A stretch of 64,000 nt of DNA from Octopus sinensis. Taxonomy: Eukaryota. The translations under genes and the position numbers were made by a program. This document shows positions 36,986 through 50,318 of the stretch, piece by piece (positions within the stretch are counted from its first letter, which is position 1; the number at the start of each line of letters is the position of its first letter). The stretch is from assembly GCF_006345805.1 (NCBI RefSeq), contig NC_043004.1, positions 35,092,001 to 35,156,000 on the forward strand. Direction: 5' to 3'. A model generated the notes under the pieces. It made no database searches. It saw only the letters and a list, made by a program, of their open reading frames with translations, and was not told the origin of the DNA.

Positions 36986-38399
36986 ACTACTCTCTCTCTG
37001 TTATATGTTATGTATATAATTTATTATATAACACACACACGTCAGAATATTTTATATTGTACATTATAAATCTTTATCCATTCTTTTGCAACAAGAAGCA
37101 GCCAAACTTTCTTCAAATCATACTCTACTGTCTTTTAAAATCAAAGATAGTATTTCATTATACAATTTTGCAAATGTCTGAAGAGATGGCTATGGCTGGA
37201 ATGTCTTTGATCATAGTTCTACACAAACTTGGTTGATTTAACAACAACAACAGTAATTTATATCCTATTAATACAAATCTTTGTACAAATTAATATTTGT
37301 TTTATGAAACATTTATATCTCTTAAGTAGCATGGATGAAAAGGCTTTATGGTGGATAATTAGTTTGACACTTTGATAACCTTCCATCCTAATGCTAACTA
37401 CCTTGATGCCATTCTTGATACTGTGCACCGCCCAACTTTCATAACATTCCTAGCTCTAATCCCTTTGATACAGTCCCTACAGCTAACCTGCAAGGCCCCC
37501 TTTCTTATTGATAATCAGTTCTATACCCTAATCAACAAGATCCCCTTCTTAATATTAATCAGTCAACCAATAAGTGGAATCAGAACATTTTCATAGTCAC
37601 TCAAGCTTATCTTTGCTAGTTTTAACTTCACATCCAGTGTGCTGCAGTGGATATCATTTTCCCTAATTAGTTTTTATTAAAAAAACTGCTAATATTATCT
37701 GCTAATATGATCAAGCACAATATATAATTTATTTTATCAACCATCATGTGATATAAAACAAAGTGAACACTGAAATTTAAACTCAAGTGGCAGCAAACTG
37801 ATTATTGAATCTGTTTTTTTTTTCTTATCCATTCCTATGATTGTTGAAAATTCTATAGAGGGAAAGTTTTGACATTTGAAGTAGTTTTGTTCAAAGCCAT
37901 CAGCAACACTTTAATTAAAGTGAAATGGCTTCAGTTGGGACATGAAAGTAAAATGCAGACTTGTCTAATTGAAAATGTATCTGGATTTTGTGTTGGTCAC
38001 CATCCTATATAACACTTGTTTAGTGGTTTGCATTTTGCCAAGGAATGGATAAGCTATGAATGGTTGCTTAATTTGGTGGGATATAAACGATAGGGCAACA
38101 TTTAACTACGGTAGTCAATGACTGTTTGTTTACCCTTTTTTTATATGAACCTGTCTAAAACCATTCCTGATTCTTTGATACAAACTTGTTGTTTGAAAGT
38201 GATATACATTTAAACCTTCCATCAAAATTTCATGTTATTTTATGTCCTAAATCCCAAACATCAGTTTAATAATAACAAAGCTATTTTATTAAATTCTCCA
38301 TTACTTTCAAAATTCACTGAAACAGAAATATGACAACAATTTATCCTGATGGTCTCAGCTACAATATGGCTAATTGCCCATTGATAGATATTTCTGATA

Positions 38400-38800
38400 A
38401 TGAAAAGTTGAAAAAATTAGCCAGACAATAAGTAGATTATTGGAGTGCAAAAGAAAGCATAAAGCCACAGTTTTTAAAAAAGAGGGCAAATAAAATGATA
38501 GCATCAATATTTGTCTGTGCTGAATGAGGTCATTTCGACCATTATTTGAAATTACATAATATGGCAGACAGTTTACTAGATTCTTACCTAGATTTTATGG
38601 TCTTGGTTACATTGTTTACATAGATGTGTTCTGATAGGAAACGTTATCATTTACAGGACAGGCTCTGAATTCTATAGAAAATCCATGGAGAAAAACTTCA
38701 AAACAAGGCTGTCACACTGCTAGTGCAAAAAGTATGACACAACGTTGACTTGTAAACCTTTAATATAATTGGTAGTCTTTTACGGTTGCAAAATGAAAAA
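38400..38800 (+). pseudogene. Tc1-like transposase remnant, very degraded
   Basis: QALNSIENPW near 38660-38690 resembles PDLNPIENLW. Confidence 0.35.
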
Positions 38801-39929
38801 CCGTGACCCTACAAGCAATCAATAATTAAAAGAATAATTAGAAATAGTTTAACATTTCTAGGTTATTATTAACCATATATTTGAAGTTTTCTATTTCATC
38901 ATCACATTTTGGTGAGTTTATTCTTTGATTGTCTTCATCTGCTCTATTTCTACTGATTGTCTGCATCATTAAACTGCAAATGCAAAAAGAAAAAAAAAGC
39001 AGAAAATCTGTTCAGAGGACAATGTTTAAAGCTACGAAGGGGAAGCGAAGCCGAATATTTCTTGCAAGCGTTCTCAGCGAAATGTTAAACTTCTGTTCTT
39101 CCTCATTTGAATTCTCTGTTTTGAAATTGTTTATTTGTAATGTAAAGCCTCAACAACACTCTTTAATTCTTCTTCACCAATGATGCACAGACTGTCATAT
39201 AGCAGTTAAGGACATTTGAAATTTGTGTCAGAAATAAAGATTCTGAGTTCAAAATCAACCCCAGAATACACAGGTATAACACAAACTTTATGAACACTGA
39301 TGATCTGGAACTGGTTTCCAACGAATTTTTACCTATGGACCCCCTTGATTGCTATTTTATTTGGGTGGATTTCATACCTATTCTATGATTTAAAAATCCA
39401 ATTGTATTTCTATAATCATTATTAGGAATTATATTTGAAAAATGGTTTTAAAATAGTTGGAGTATTATAGGAGTTTAATCAATTTATCATTCTTAAATTT
39501 TAACGCAAAAATTTCACACGGACCCTCCAACCACCACCACTACCACCACCACCACGAATGGTCACATGAACCCCGGTTGAGAACCATTGAGTAAGAACCT
39601 CTTATAATTGACACCAATATACAAGTACCTGTATTTCATATAATTATTTAAGTAAATGTAATATTTTCTTAATGAGATGTGTACTAGTGAGGGTAACTAC
39701 CCTTGGTTTGGGAAAATCAGTGATCCAGAAAATCTTAGGGATCAAAGGTTCCAGAAAATCGATGTTGTACCTATGTTGATGAGTAGAAATAAATGAACAC
39801 AGAGTATAAAGTGATTGAAATGTAGTGTAGAAGTCGTGGAAATATGAGATTAACAATCGTGAAATATCAAATAACAACAATAATTCATGCCAGAAATTTA
39901 AATAATTAGCTATAAAACAGAAAAACAAT

Positions 39930-40030
39930 AACTCTGGGAGACTAATAAAACCATGAATAACATTGTTATCAACCACAGCCAGTAAAAAAGAATGATGCTT
40001 ACAATATGGGGAAAATGTGACAGACATACA
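39930..40030 (+). pseudogene. Mariner-like transposase remnant, very degraded
   Basis: ITLGD and KRMMLTIWG resemble IVTGDEKW and KKVMLSVWWD. Confidence 0.3.
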
Positions 40031-40969
40031 CAAGAAATCTATTAGTAATATTAACACAGATTGTAATATAATAGAACTGGGTTTACATGGGTTTAGAATG
40101 TTGATATGGAAAGTGGATCAGGAGAGAAAGATTTGATTCTTCACACAAATATACGTATGTATTCACTCACTCAGACACACACATTCACAGAGAGAGAGAT
40201 GCAAATGTATACATACATGTGTGTGTTTGTACATATATGTATATTTGTATGTGTGTGTGAATGTATATGTATGTATGTCTACTTATCACACACACACACA
40301 CGCAAATGTAATTTCCTGAAAACAGAAATTAGAGAAATGCAATTATCAAGATAGGATTCTTTGCTGAAATCCTAATTTAATCCTCCAAATTCACTTTTGT
40401 CTTGAAGAACAAAACTGTAGGTGTTAATATATGTATACGTTTTTGCATCTAAAACTCTTTGTTAGTGTTAGCCTACAGATATAGTTTGTGCTGTTGTTAA
40501 TTCATCTTAGCATAGGAAACTGATTTTCTCTCTGCTTTTCCTTACAATAAACAATGGAACACGAAGTAAAAATTAAAATAAACCAAGAAATTTATATAAT
40601 GTAGAGCAGCATCTGAAGAATTAATAAAATATAATAACAATTACATTTGAAATATCAGGCTGGAGTAGCATGGTAAATGGCACTGAGGTGATGTGGTAGA
40701 GTTGATTCCTTAATGGTGTCAATAGTATTGTTGTGATGGTGGTGCAGTTGATACGAGTAGGAGTGATGGTAGTGTTGGGAATGATGGTGTAGTTGGTGCC
40801 ACAGAAAATGCAGGTAAGTAGCTTTTAGTGATGATGGAATTGGTTGATGCTTTGACAGCAAAGGTCAACAAGGACAAATTCGAGATGTCCCCTCACCTTT
40901 TCTGGTCTTTAATGGTTCCTTTGCTGCATTCGTTTCTCTTTCATCAGTTTTTTGTTGTTGTTATCTCTT

Positions 40970-41150
40970 ACTTTTTATTTGTTTCAGTTATTAAACTGTG
41001 ACCATGCTGGGGCACTGCCTGGTAGAATTTTTATCCAACTTCTGAATCGACCCTGGTACTTGTTTTTTTATTTTTTTTAAGACTGATACTTATTCTATCA
41101 GTCACTTTTGCTGAAGCGCTAAGTTATGGGGACATAAAATATCCAGCACC
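40970..41150 (-). mobile_element. SINE family A, 3' part
   Basis: ttacttttta..gtttcagtta..actgtgaccatgctggggcactgcc...tacttattctatc...aagttatgggg. Confidence 0.7.
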
Positions 41151-41274
41151 AGTTCACAGTAATGGCAATAAATCTTAGTTTGCTTTTTCCTTTCATCCAC
41201 AATGTCTGGTCTTCAGGCATCAAGAGTCACTTTGGATTGTAAAACCTCACTAGATTTTATATTCTTCTTCTTCT

Positions 41275-41819
41275 CATTATTGTTATTATTGAGTGAGAGA
41301 ACAGTGCATGCCATCAAAGTGACACTGGGGTACAATTATATGAAGCCCAATACACCCATCCTGGCTACCTGTCGCATAAGGGTACACCAGGCACATGCAT
41401 CACAACCATGTGTGTGCGACATGGTGATCTCATATCAAGATAAACAGCGCATGACCTTGCAGGTGGAGCCCTGTTAGAATTTTCTTCAGATTGAGTAACC
41501 CATCCCACTGAAAAGGTCCCTGAATAAGTGTTGTTTAAGGATGTTGAGTGAAACAACTGTTTCCAGAGATGAATTATCCCAATCCCCAAAATTCCTCTCA
41601 ACACATGGCTATGATGCTCACCCCACTACTTCTGCTTGTAATCAGCCACCAAGGGACATGCTCAACTGGTTATGATTAAACAACTGACAAGCAAATCTGT
41701 GGTATTGAGCAGAATATTTGCTACATCTTTTATACCAAGACAAAACATGTACATGATGACACTTCCAATTAGTTAAGATCAAAAGCCATGAGAGCCAGTG
41801 TCTGGTACTGCATCAGGGC
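41275..41819 (-). mobile_element. Non-coding retroposon-like repeat (family D) with (TAA)n tail
   Basis: A GC-richer 545-bp block starts ttattattgagtgagagaacagtgcatgccatcaaagtgacactgggg and is bounded by TTA repeats at both ends. No ORF. Confidence 0.55.
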
Positions 41820-43140
41820 TTTATTATTATGTTTGACTTTTGCTTTGTGTTTGTACAGGTTGACTTCAAGTCTCACCCAGAGACCTCAAGAGACAACAAG
41901 TTTGAAGTTCATGTTGGTGTTATACCTAGGGTGTCATATATTTGGTTTTGCATATAGTATAGTTCTAGAGAATGCTTAAGAAAATATTCGAAAATTATGA
42001 GTTTGTTTTAAAATATGAGATTGCATAGTATTTTACGTAGGATATGGGCAGTTCCTATGAACACTATCTTTTGAATTTCTGCCATTTGGGGTTTCCTGGT
42101 ATCTGAACTAGGTAGGAATCAGTCCCTTTTGCTATCATTCCTCGAGCACCTATGACAACGGGTATTGTTTTAGTCTTCAGGTTCCACTTTTTACTAATTT
42201 CTATTTCAAGATCTTTATACTTGCTCAGTTTTTTGGTAGGTCTTGACAGATACCTTTATGGAGTAAAGATTGTTTGCCAACATAACATGGCAGTAGTCCT
42301 GGTTTAGGATGAATGTTGCTGTAATTTGGCCCCAGGAGACATTGTCTCCAGCTGGTTATATGACACAATCTGTGTCCTTATTTTAGAACAAGGGAATCTA
42401 GCACCCCACCACCAGATCAAAACAATATCTGTGTATTGTGATTCCTGGGTTATTTATCTTCATCAGCACAGAATAATTGTTTGGCTAAAGGTGGCGCTGC
42501 CAAATTCCTATTCAAAATATATAGTTTTCAAAGTGACAACTAGTTACTGATCTACAAATTTGAAAATTACTATTTTTAAGTCTCACAGGACTGCCATGTT
42601 ATGTTGGCAAACAATCTTAATTCCAAAGTACTGTTGCTGAATATCTCTTGTTGTGAGATTTAAAAATAGTAATTTTCTAAGATACATTTATGTCAATTGG
42701 GACAGTCATATCAATGAGGAGGCATGATTTTTGTCTGAAGTCTTTCAATATGATATCTGGCCTATTTACTTCTATCTTTCTGTCAGTTTGAATGGTGAAG
42801 TTCTAGAGGAGTGAGATGTGATCATATTTCAAGCACAAGAGGTGGCTTGTGTTCCCACCAGTTTTTATCATGGGTCATGTCCAGGTTTTTGCAAATTACC
42901 CAGTGAATATATTGAGCAGCTCTATCATGCTTGTTGAGGTACTCTGTAGGTGCAAGAAGACTGCACATGAAGACATGATCAATGGTTTCATTTTGTTGTT
43001 TACATACACGACATGTTGGGCAACTGCCATTCCTTAATATGTTGGCCTGGTAGTTTCTTGATCTTAAGCCGCTATGATAAACTCTTCTGTTTCTGATTTT
43101 AAACCAGAAGACACTAACCATTGATTGGTAGGGGCTTTTA
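41820..43140 (-). mobile_element. R4/Dong-clade (RLE-type) non-LTR retrotransposon, 5'-truncated
   Basis: CCHC: CPTCRVCKQQNETIDHV.MC. Then EYLNKHDRAAQYIHW, the RLE motif NRPDIILKDFRQKSCLLIDMTVP, and KLSKYKDLEIEI...IPVVIGA. (TAA)n at the 3' tail (41820) and at the 5' junction (about 43140). Confidence 0.88.
42261..42679. mobile_element. MITE nested in the R4/Dong element
   Basis: TIRs gagtaaagattgtttgccaacataacatggcagt (42261) and actgccatgttatgttggcaaacaatcttaattc (to about 42623). The flanking duplication agatac(c/a)tttatg is at 42248-42260 and 42680-42692. Confidence 0.8.
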
Positions 43141-43944
43141 TTATTATACTACCACCATTGTTATTACCAATCAACTTATGTATGTTTATCATAGTCATCA
43201 TTGTTGCAGTCAGTAATATTGCCAATCAACCTTGATAGGTGTGTCATCTCCACTGTCATCACCAACAATCTCTCTATCACTGGTTATTTCCCCGTTATCC
43301 ATCATCCTGTCAATGAGCCACGATTAAACATTATTTCCATAAACCCTTTGAGGGACTTCTATTTAGTCATTTGGTCTGCTGTACCAAACAGCCAGATTTC
43401 TCTCAGACAACATTGGATGATGTGGTTCATGAGAAATTAACATTACTTTTCTACAAACCAATGAGTCAGATTTCTCGCCCTTCTAGAAATAGCAGCTAAA
43501 CTTCCTCCAAATTTCACACTGCTTAAATGGATAACTGAGTTCTAGATTATGGCTGAGAAACAATTTTGTCTTGCTGGTAAAACTATGTATGGCACTCATG
43601 TAGCAATGTCTTTTAGTCACATCTCACCCTCTCTTTTCTAATATGACATCAATGTTGTTGCTGCTGTCTTTCGTCCCCCTTTGCTTGAATCTCTTCTGTC
43701 TTATTTACACAACTCACAACAACACTATTTGTACTTAGGATAAAATCTGTGATCTCTTACACTTAGCATGTCCGTATTGAGAATCACCATTCCACTTATT
43801 CTCATTTACAGATTATAATCATTTGTTTGGCTCTGCAAAGGCTGTTAATATTATATTTGGTTTCACTGTTACTGTTGTTCAAATCACAATGCCAACAAAA
43901 GTGTAATCAAGAGAATAAAATAGAAATCTTTTGTTTATTGCTTT

Positions 43945-44057
43945 ACATCTGTCAAAGACAACCTTGAGCATAATGTGTGTTTTGAAGTTACAAAACATGC
44001 AATTTGAATGGAACAACCTCAAGACTGCTGGAGCATTTAAAAAGTAAACACCCCATG
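43945..44057 (+). pseudogene. BED zinc-finger remnant (hAT-type)
   Basis: NGTTSRLLEHLKSKHP matches the BED pattern GTTSNLxxHLxxxHP. The upstream Cys pair is disrupted. Confidence 0.55.
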
Positions 44058-44149
44058 AGAGCAACTCAATTAAGACTTCCTGCCAAATGTTCCTGCCAAA
44101 TGCTTTTGGATTTTGATATTTACCAAAACCATTTTCTTGTTGAGATCAT

Positions 44150-44700
44150 AGCCATAGCCAATACCAGTGTCGCGTAACCAACCCATTTAAAAAGTACCTT
44201 TGAATCGTCAGGCAACACGCCACTTTGAGGAGACCTATTGAGTCAAGTAAAATCAAAAAGCAAATCACAATCAAATGGAAATTGTAGTTGTGGCTGATGC
44301 CAGTGCTACCTGACTGGCTCTCATGCTGGTGGCATGCAATAAACACCATTCATGAGTGGGTCATTGCCAGTGCTACCTGACTGGTTTCCTGTGCCAGTGG
44401 CATACAATAAGCACCATTCATGAGTGGGTTATTGCCAGTGCTGCCTGACTGGTTCCCTGTGCCAGTGGCATGTAAAAAGTACCATCTGAATGTGGTTGAT
44501 ATCAGTGCTACCTGACTGGCTCCCATGCCGATGGCACATAAAAGGCACTCACTACACTCGGAGTGGTTGGCATTAGGAAGGGTATCCAGCTGTAGAAACA
44601 TTACCAAATCAGATTGGAGCCTGGCGTGTCCTCCTGGACTTGCCAGTCCCCAGTCAAACTGTGGAACCCATGCCAGCATGGAAAACAGACTGTTTGAAGT
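44150..44700 (+). mobile_element. Family B retroposon with tandem array
   Basis: Repeated gccagtgctacctgactgg units, then actacactcggagtggttggcattaggaaggg...ccatgccagcatggaaa. Confidence 0.8.
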
Positions 44701-44984
44701 GGCATATGATTTATCAAGGAAAAACCATCTCACTAAGCCCTGAAAGAGATTGTCAAGCCATGCTAATCTTAAAATGGTAGAACTTTTCCCAAGGAGCAGC
44801 AAAGAAAGTCCAAGAGATTTATCTTTTTATTAATGTGATTGTAAGTGAAGATGTCTAAATGTGTGAAAATGTCCTTATCCAAGGAACAAACAAAATCAAT
44901 CAATCCTAGTATCTCATCAATTAAGCTGGTGATATTGATTCACATCTGAAACATGAATCAATGTAATAATGTATAATTATTGGC

Positions 44985-45195
44985 TTCAAATTTTGGTACA
45001 AGGCCAGCAATTTCAGAAGTGGAGGAAAGTCAATTACATCAACCCAAGTACACAGCTGGTACTTATTTCATCAAACACAAAAGGATGAAATGCAAAGTTG
45101 ACCTCAGCAGCATTTGAACTCAGAACTTAGAGACAGACGAAATACCACTGGGCATTTTGCCCTGTGGGCTAATGACTCTGCTAGCTCTCTACCTT
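44985..45195 (-). mobile_element. SINE family C variant
   Basis: ttggtacaaggccagcaatttc...aaaggatgaaatgcaaagttgacc...tttgaactcagaac...gacgaaatacc. Confidence 0.7.
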
Positions 45196-45254
45196 AAAAC
45201 ATTGTATCCAGCATGCTAACAAGTTTTCCTGCTTGCTGCTCTACTAATGCATAA

Positions 45255-45900
45255 TTATTAGTATCCAATACATGTCTGATGAATCTTTGAAGAATAAGAT
45301 TTTGTTTTCTGAACCGTTGCTAACCACTACCAAAACTGCTGATATTTTCCATTTCCCTGACAATGCTTTTGATAGAAACTACACTGGAAAATTCTAGCAT
45401 CTGTATGAACTGATTGTGTGCCATTCTTGGGCATAATTCCAATAGCATTGTAGTTCTACTGAAGGAGAGGATATCTCAGTTAATAATGTACCATTACATA
45501 CTTCATTAACATGCAATTACAGCGAAGATTTTAACACCTAAATTTAAAGAAGTTGTGGATATTGTAATTAAAACTAAATTTTATTCACAACAAATCTCTG
45601 TCATAGGATTTCTGAGAGGCTTCAGGAAGTACTTCTCCACTTTGGCATTTATAAGGCTGGATTATGAATTGGGTTCTTATTTTGTCTAAGGAAATTGCTA
45701 TTTTCTTCCAAGAACATGGAAACAATTTGTCAGAAAAGGTTAAGAATCATAAATTCATTTTTCCTGTTGCCGATTTGTCAGACATATTCAATCATTTGAA
45801 CGAACTGGACCTCACAATATAGGGATTCAAAGCAAACTTAATAGGGTTAAGGTATTTATGAAAAAGGTTGTACTTTGGAAGCATTGAACTGAAAAGAAAT
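45255..45900 (+). pseudogene. hAT (Buster/Charlie-like) transposase remnant
   Basis: IQYMSDESLKNKILFSEPLLTTTKTADIF and EIAIFFQEHG...VADLSDIFNHLNELDLTI match the patterns EEFLFCKPLETTTKGEDIF and LAYLADIFSHLNELNLSLQG. Confidence 0.75.
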
Positions 45901-46639
45901 TCTCCTTTTATTTCCTCTTCTTGTCAAAAGGGTCAGCAAATAGTTAGAAATTGATGGATCATCAAAAGAAAGAACTGGTAGTCACTTGTCAGCGCTTCGA
46001 AATATATTGAAAAAGCAACATGCTAAAGGTAGCTATTGACAACTAGATCTGGCAAGTATTCTTATTGGATATGAATGATACTGAAAATCTTAAAGTGGAG
46101 TTGCTGGAGCTACACAGTAATGAAGCCAGCAAAATTCTTTTCTGATAACTTGACAGACTTCTGGTAAAAACAGCTAACTGCACACCCTCAACTTGCATTG
46201 ATAGCATTAGAATCAAAAATTCCATTTTCCACAACTTATCTCTGTAAAGCTGCTTCTTCTACAATACTGTTTATAAAATAAGACCAGAAACAGAATGGAA
46301 TCAAGCTGCATTCATCGCATGAGATTAGTGCTCACAAATACTAAACCAAATATTAAGAAACTAGTAATAAAAAAAAATGAGCTGCAACAAAAGAGTAATT
46401 AATTTTATTGTTCTTTGTTTTCTATAAACCATGTTTGTTGTTAACCACATGAAGATGGTCATTTTCATGAAGTTGCTTCTTAATTGACTATAAATTTTTT
46501 ATGATCATGTTTGATTTTCTTTCCTATTTTTTGTTGTTTATTTTTTCTTCTAACAATTTCCATGTTAATACAAAGAAAAAAATGTATAAGGAACAAATTT
46601 AAATTAAATAAGAGTACCATACGAGTGAAATTGTTGCCA

Positions 46640-47027
46640 GATCAACAAGCTGGCCTTCGTGCCGATGACATGTTAAACACACCATTCGAGCATGATCGTT
46701 ACCACGTCGCCTTACTAGCACTTGTGCTGGTGGCATGTGACACATTCGAGCAAGGTCGTTGCCAGTGCCGCTAGACTGGCTCCTGTGCAAGTGGCACATA
46801 AAAAGCACCATTTGTGCATGGTCGTTGCCAGTACCACCAAACTGGCCCTCGTGCCGGTGGCACGTAAAAGCACCCACTACACTCTCGGAGTGGTTAGCGT
46901 TAGGAAGGGCATCCAGCTGTAGAAACTCTGCCGGATCAGATTGGAGTCTGATTCGCCAGACCTCAGTCAAATCGTCCAACCCATGCTAGCATGGAAAGCG
47001 GACGTTAAATGATGATGATGATGATGA
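46640..47027 (+). mobile_element. Family B retroposon, near full length
   Basis: Tandem ~60-bp units, then cacccactacactctcggag...ggacgttaaatgatgatgatgatgatgat. Confidence 0.88.
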
Positions 47028-47876
47028 TTTTCCTTGTCTTTGACTATTGCTGCAGAAGATTCAATGAGGGGTACAGGTAGATTTGACTGATTATGCAACA
47101 GATGTCAGACTGACAAAAGGTTAAAAAGAAACAATGCTTAACTATTGCACTGTTTTCTCCCCATATGGCAGGAATAGCCTAAATGTAATCTCTACCAGAT
47201 TCCCATTAAAGAGGTAATGAAAAACACAGAGAAAAAAATGAAATGCTAAGCATAGACATGCATTTACCTTGCAGCCTGTGTTTATGACTCATTGTTAACA
47301 GGGGACCCCCACCTCCAAGCTGTTGTTTACTTTTGTTTTAATTGCAAAAATGGATTCAGTTGCAATGAAACAAGCATGTAATGATCCCAGCTCTTCACCT
47401 GGTAAATGAGTAAAAGAGACATAGACTCTTTACAGTTGAGGAAATTATTGGTGATGTTTGCTTTTCAGATGAAGTATTTATCCTTACATGGAAAATTAAT
47501 GTTATTCAGACATTCAAACTGCAAACTGGTGAAACTGATGAGGAAATTAGTGATACAGGTGAACAAATACGGTAGTAAGAGAGATAGGCATATTATAATC
47601 CTCTTGAATTATTTTGTTATTCTGTTCATTAGTTTTTCCTGTAATCCTTGCTGTGTATGCAACTTTATTTTTTTATTTTTATTTCAGGAGCCTAGGTGGA
47701 GGGTAAAGTTAGTGATAGGGGCCCAGATCTGAGAGGGTTAAAGCAACATTTTTACATGTCTGCCCCAACTAACAACATCTCTTCTCATTACCTTCTGCTC
47801 TGTTTTAATTTTCTGAGGGGAAGACTCGATTTTATATATACTGATTTCATAACAGCAACAATTACACGCCTTCATA

Positions 47877-48290
47877 GGCACAGGTGTGGCTGTGTGGTAA
47901 GTAGCTTGCTTACCAACCACATTGTTCCGGGTTCAGTCCCACTGCATGGCATCTTGGGCAAGTGTCTTCTGCTATATCCTCGGGCCGACCAATGCCTTGC
48001 GAGTGGATTTGGTAGACAGAAACTGAAAGAAGCCTGTCGTATATATGTATATATATATATGTATGTGTGTGTATGTTTGTGTGTCTGTGTTTGTCCCCCT
48101 AGCATTGCTTGACAACCGATGCTGGTGTGTTTACGTCCCCGTCACTTAGCGGTTCAGCAAAAGAGACCGATAGAATATGTACTGGGCTTACAAAGAATAA
48201 GTCCCAGGGTCGATTTGCTCGACTAAAGGCAGTGCTCCAGCATGGCCGCAGTCAAATGACTGAAACAAGTAAAAGAGTAAAAAAGAGAGT
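47877..48290 (+). mobile_element. SINE family A, full length (tRNA head, CORE-like ttgggcaagt, AAAAGAG tail)
   Basis: A-box tggctgtgtggtaag, B-box gggttcagtccc, and tail gaaacaagtaaaagagtaaaa. Confidence 0.9.
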
Positions 48291-48883
48291 AATTATAATA
48301 ATTAAGATCCGATTGTAGAATCATGTTTAATTTATTTTGTAATATTGAAGATTATAAAAATAATAAATTTCCCTTCACATATATGTATTTTGATCTTAAT
48401 TTGATCTCTTCAGTGTGATATTGAATTTAATATTATTTATGCCAATCAGATAAGTCAGAAAGTCAATTTTTTAATCAGATGAAATAAATACAGTTTTGGG
48501 TTTTCTGTTTTGTTTTTCTTTTTTTCTCAAACCAGGACAGTAAGCAAGTGAAAGAAAGACAGGGTGATGAATGAACTCAGTAAATTATTTTTTCAAATCG
48601 GAAAAATAAAGAGAAGTAGAGCGAGGGAAAATTTTGAATGGATTAATTTGTTTTTCTTGCCATAAGCTTTGATGGCAGTTCTATCCTGAATTCAAATGTT
48701 CATGGAAAAATTTCCATTTAAAATATTGTTCCTTTTTTCTTGGATTTTTGTTCAATATCACAATGTTGTGATCAAATGAAGATTGAAATATATATGTGAT
48801 TGGAATTTTATTGTCTTTATAATCTTCATTGCCACCAAATAAATCCCAAACATATTAAACATCATTCTAAAATTAAATTTAAA

Positions 48884-48937
<54 letters not shown>

Positions 48938-49631
48938 TAAGGCAGCAAGCTGGCAGAACTGTTACTGCATGAGGATAAAATGCTTAGCAGCATTTCGTCC
49001 CTCTTTATGTTCTGAGTTTATATTGTGCTGAGGTCCGTAGGTAAAAGAGCGAATTAATGATGGTCTAGGGAATACTATAATCTATAAACTGGTAGTTGCA
49101 ATTTAAGTGGGGAGGGCAGGATGTTTAAGAAACTTTAAGAAAAGAAGTTATCAAGAAAATAAATATAAGGGAAATTGCTAACATGCCTTCATTCGAATGT
49201 CCTATGAAGATGAAGAACATTATTCTCGCATTTATTTATAGATAGCATTTTAGTAACCGATAGGAAATGGCCGTAAGATATGTTGCATCACCTATTTTGT
49301 TATGTCATGCTTTGAATTAAAAAATAAGCTATAAATATGTGGTCCAATCGATGTGTTTGTTAATCTGAGGTTTCTCCATTTTCTGATTATTTCTATTTAT
49401 ATATTCAGGCTGGGTCAAAGTCTTGTACAATATGCTCCAGAATCATCAAAGACATGCTTCAATTTTTCTAAAGTCGAATAAAATAAAAAAAAAGATAATG
49501 ATGAATACACATGTACATGAGAAACAAAATTGTAAGAATAACATAAGTAAAATGTCAAATGTTTTGGTGTGTGACTTTTGGTCCACCCTGTATATATATA
49601 TCATCTGTTTTTTTAACATATATATATATAT

Positions 49632-49925
49632 ATCATCATCGTTTAGCGTCCGCTTTCCGTGCTAGCATGGGTTGGACGGTTCAACTGGGGTCTGGGAAGC
49701 CAGAAGGCTGCACCAGGCCTAGTTTGATCTGGCAATGTTTCTACGGCTGGATGCCCTTCCTAACACCAACCATTCCATGAATGTAGTGGGTGCTTTTTAC
49801 GTGCCACTGGCACAGGTGCCAGACGAGTCTGGCAAACGGCCACGATCGGATGGTGCTTTTTATGTGCCAGGCAAGGCTGGCAACGGCCACGAACGGATGG
49901 TGCTTTTTACGTGCCACCGGCACGA
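49632..49925 (-). mobile_element. Family B retroposon flanked by (TA)n
   Basis: atcatcatcgtttagcgtccgctttccgtgctagcatggg...ttttacgtgccaccggcacg. Confidence 0.88.
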
Positions 49926-49947
49926 TATATATATATATATATATATA

Positions 49948-50318
49948 TTCTTTTATTTGTTTCAGTGCTTTGACTGCAACCACCCTGGAGCAGTGCTTTT
50001 TAGTTGAACAAATCATCCACAGGACTTATTCTTTGTAAGTCTAGTGCTTAGTCTATCAGACTCTTTTGCCAAACCAATAAGTTACGAGGATGTAAACACA
50101 CCAACATTGATTGTCAAGTGATGGTAGAGACACACACACACACACATATATATACATATATAAATGATGGCCTTCTTTTCAGTTTCCGTCTGCCAAATCC
50201 ACTCACAAGGCTTTGGTCGGCCTGAAACGATAGTTGAAAACACTTGCCCCAGGTGCCACGTCGTGGGACAACCCAGAACCATGTGGCTGGTAAGCAAGCT
50301 ACTTACCACACAGCCACT
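49948..50318 (-). mobile_element. SINE family A, full length
   Basis: Reverse complement of 47877-48290. Confidence 0.88.

Noticed and set aside
47270-47340. Clustered Fox/AP-1/Sox-like motifs (tgtttatgactcattgtt)
   Set aside because: Short motifs alone are not evidence of an enhancer without conservation or chromatin data.
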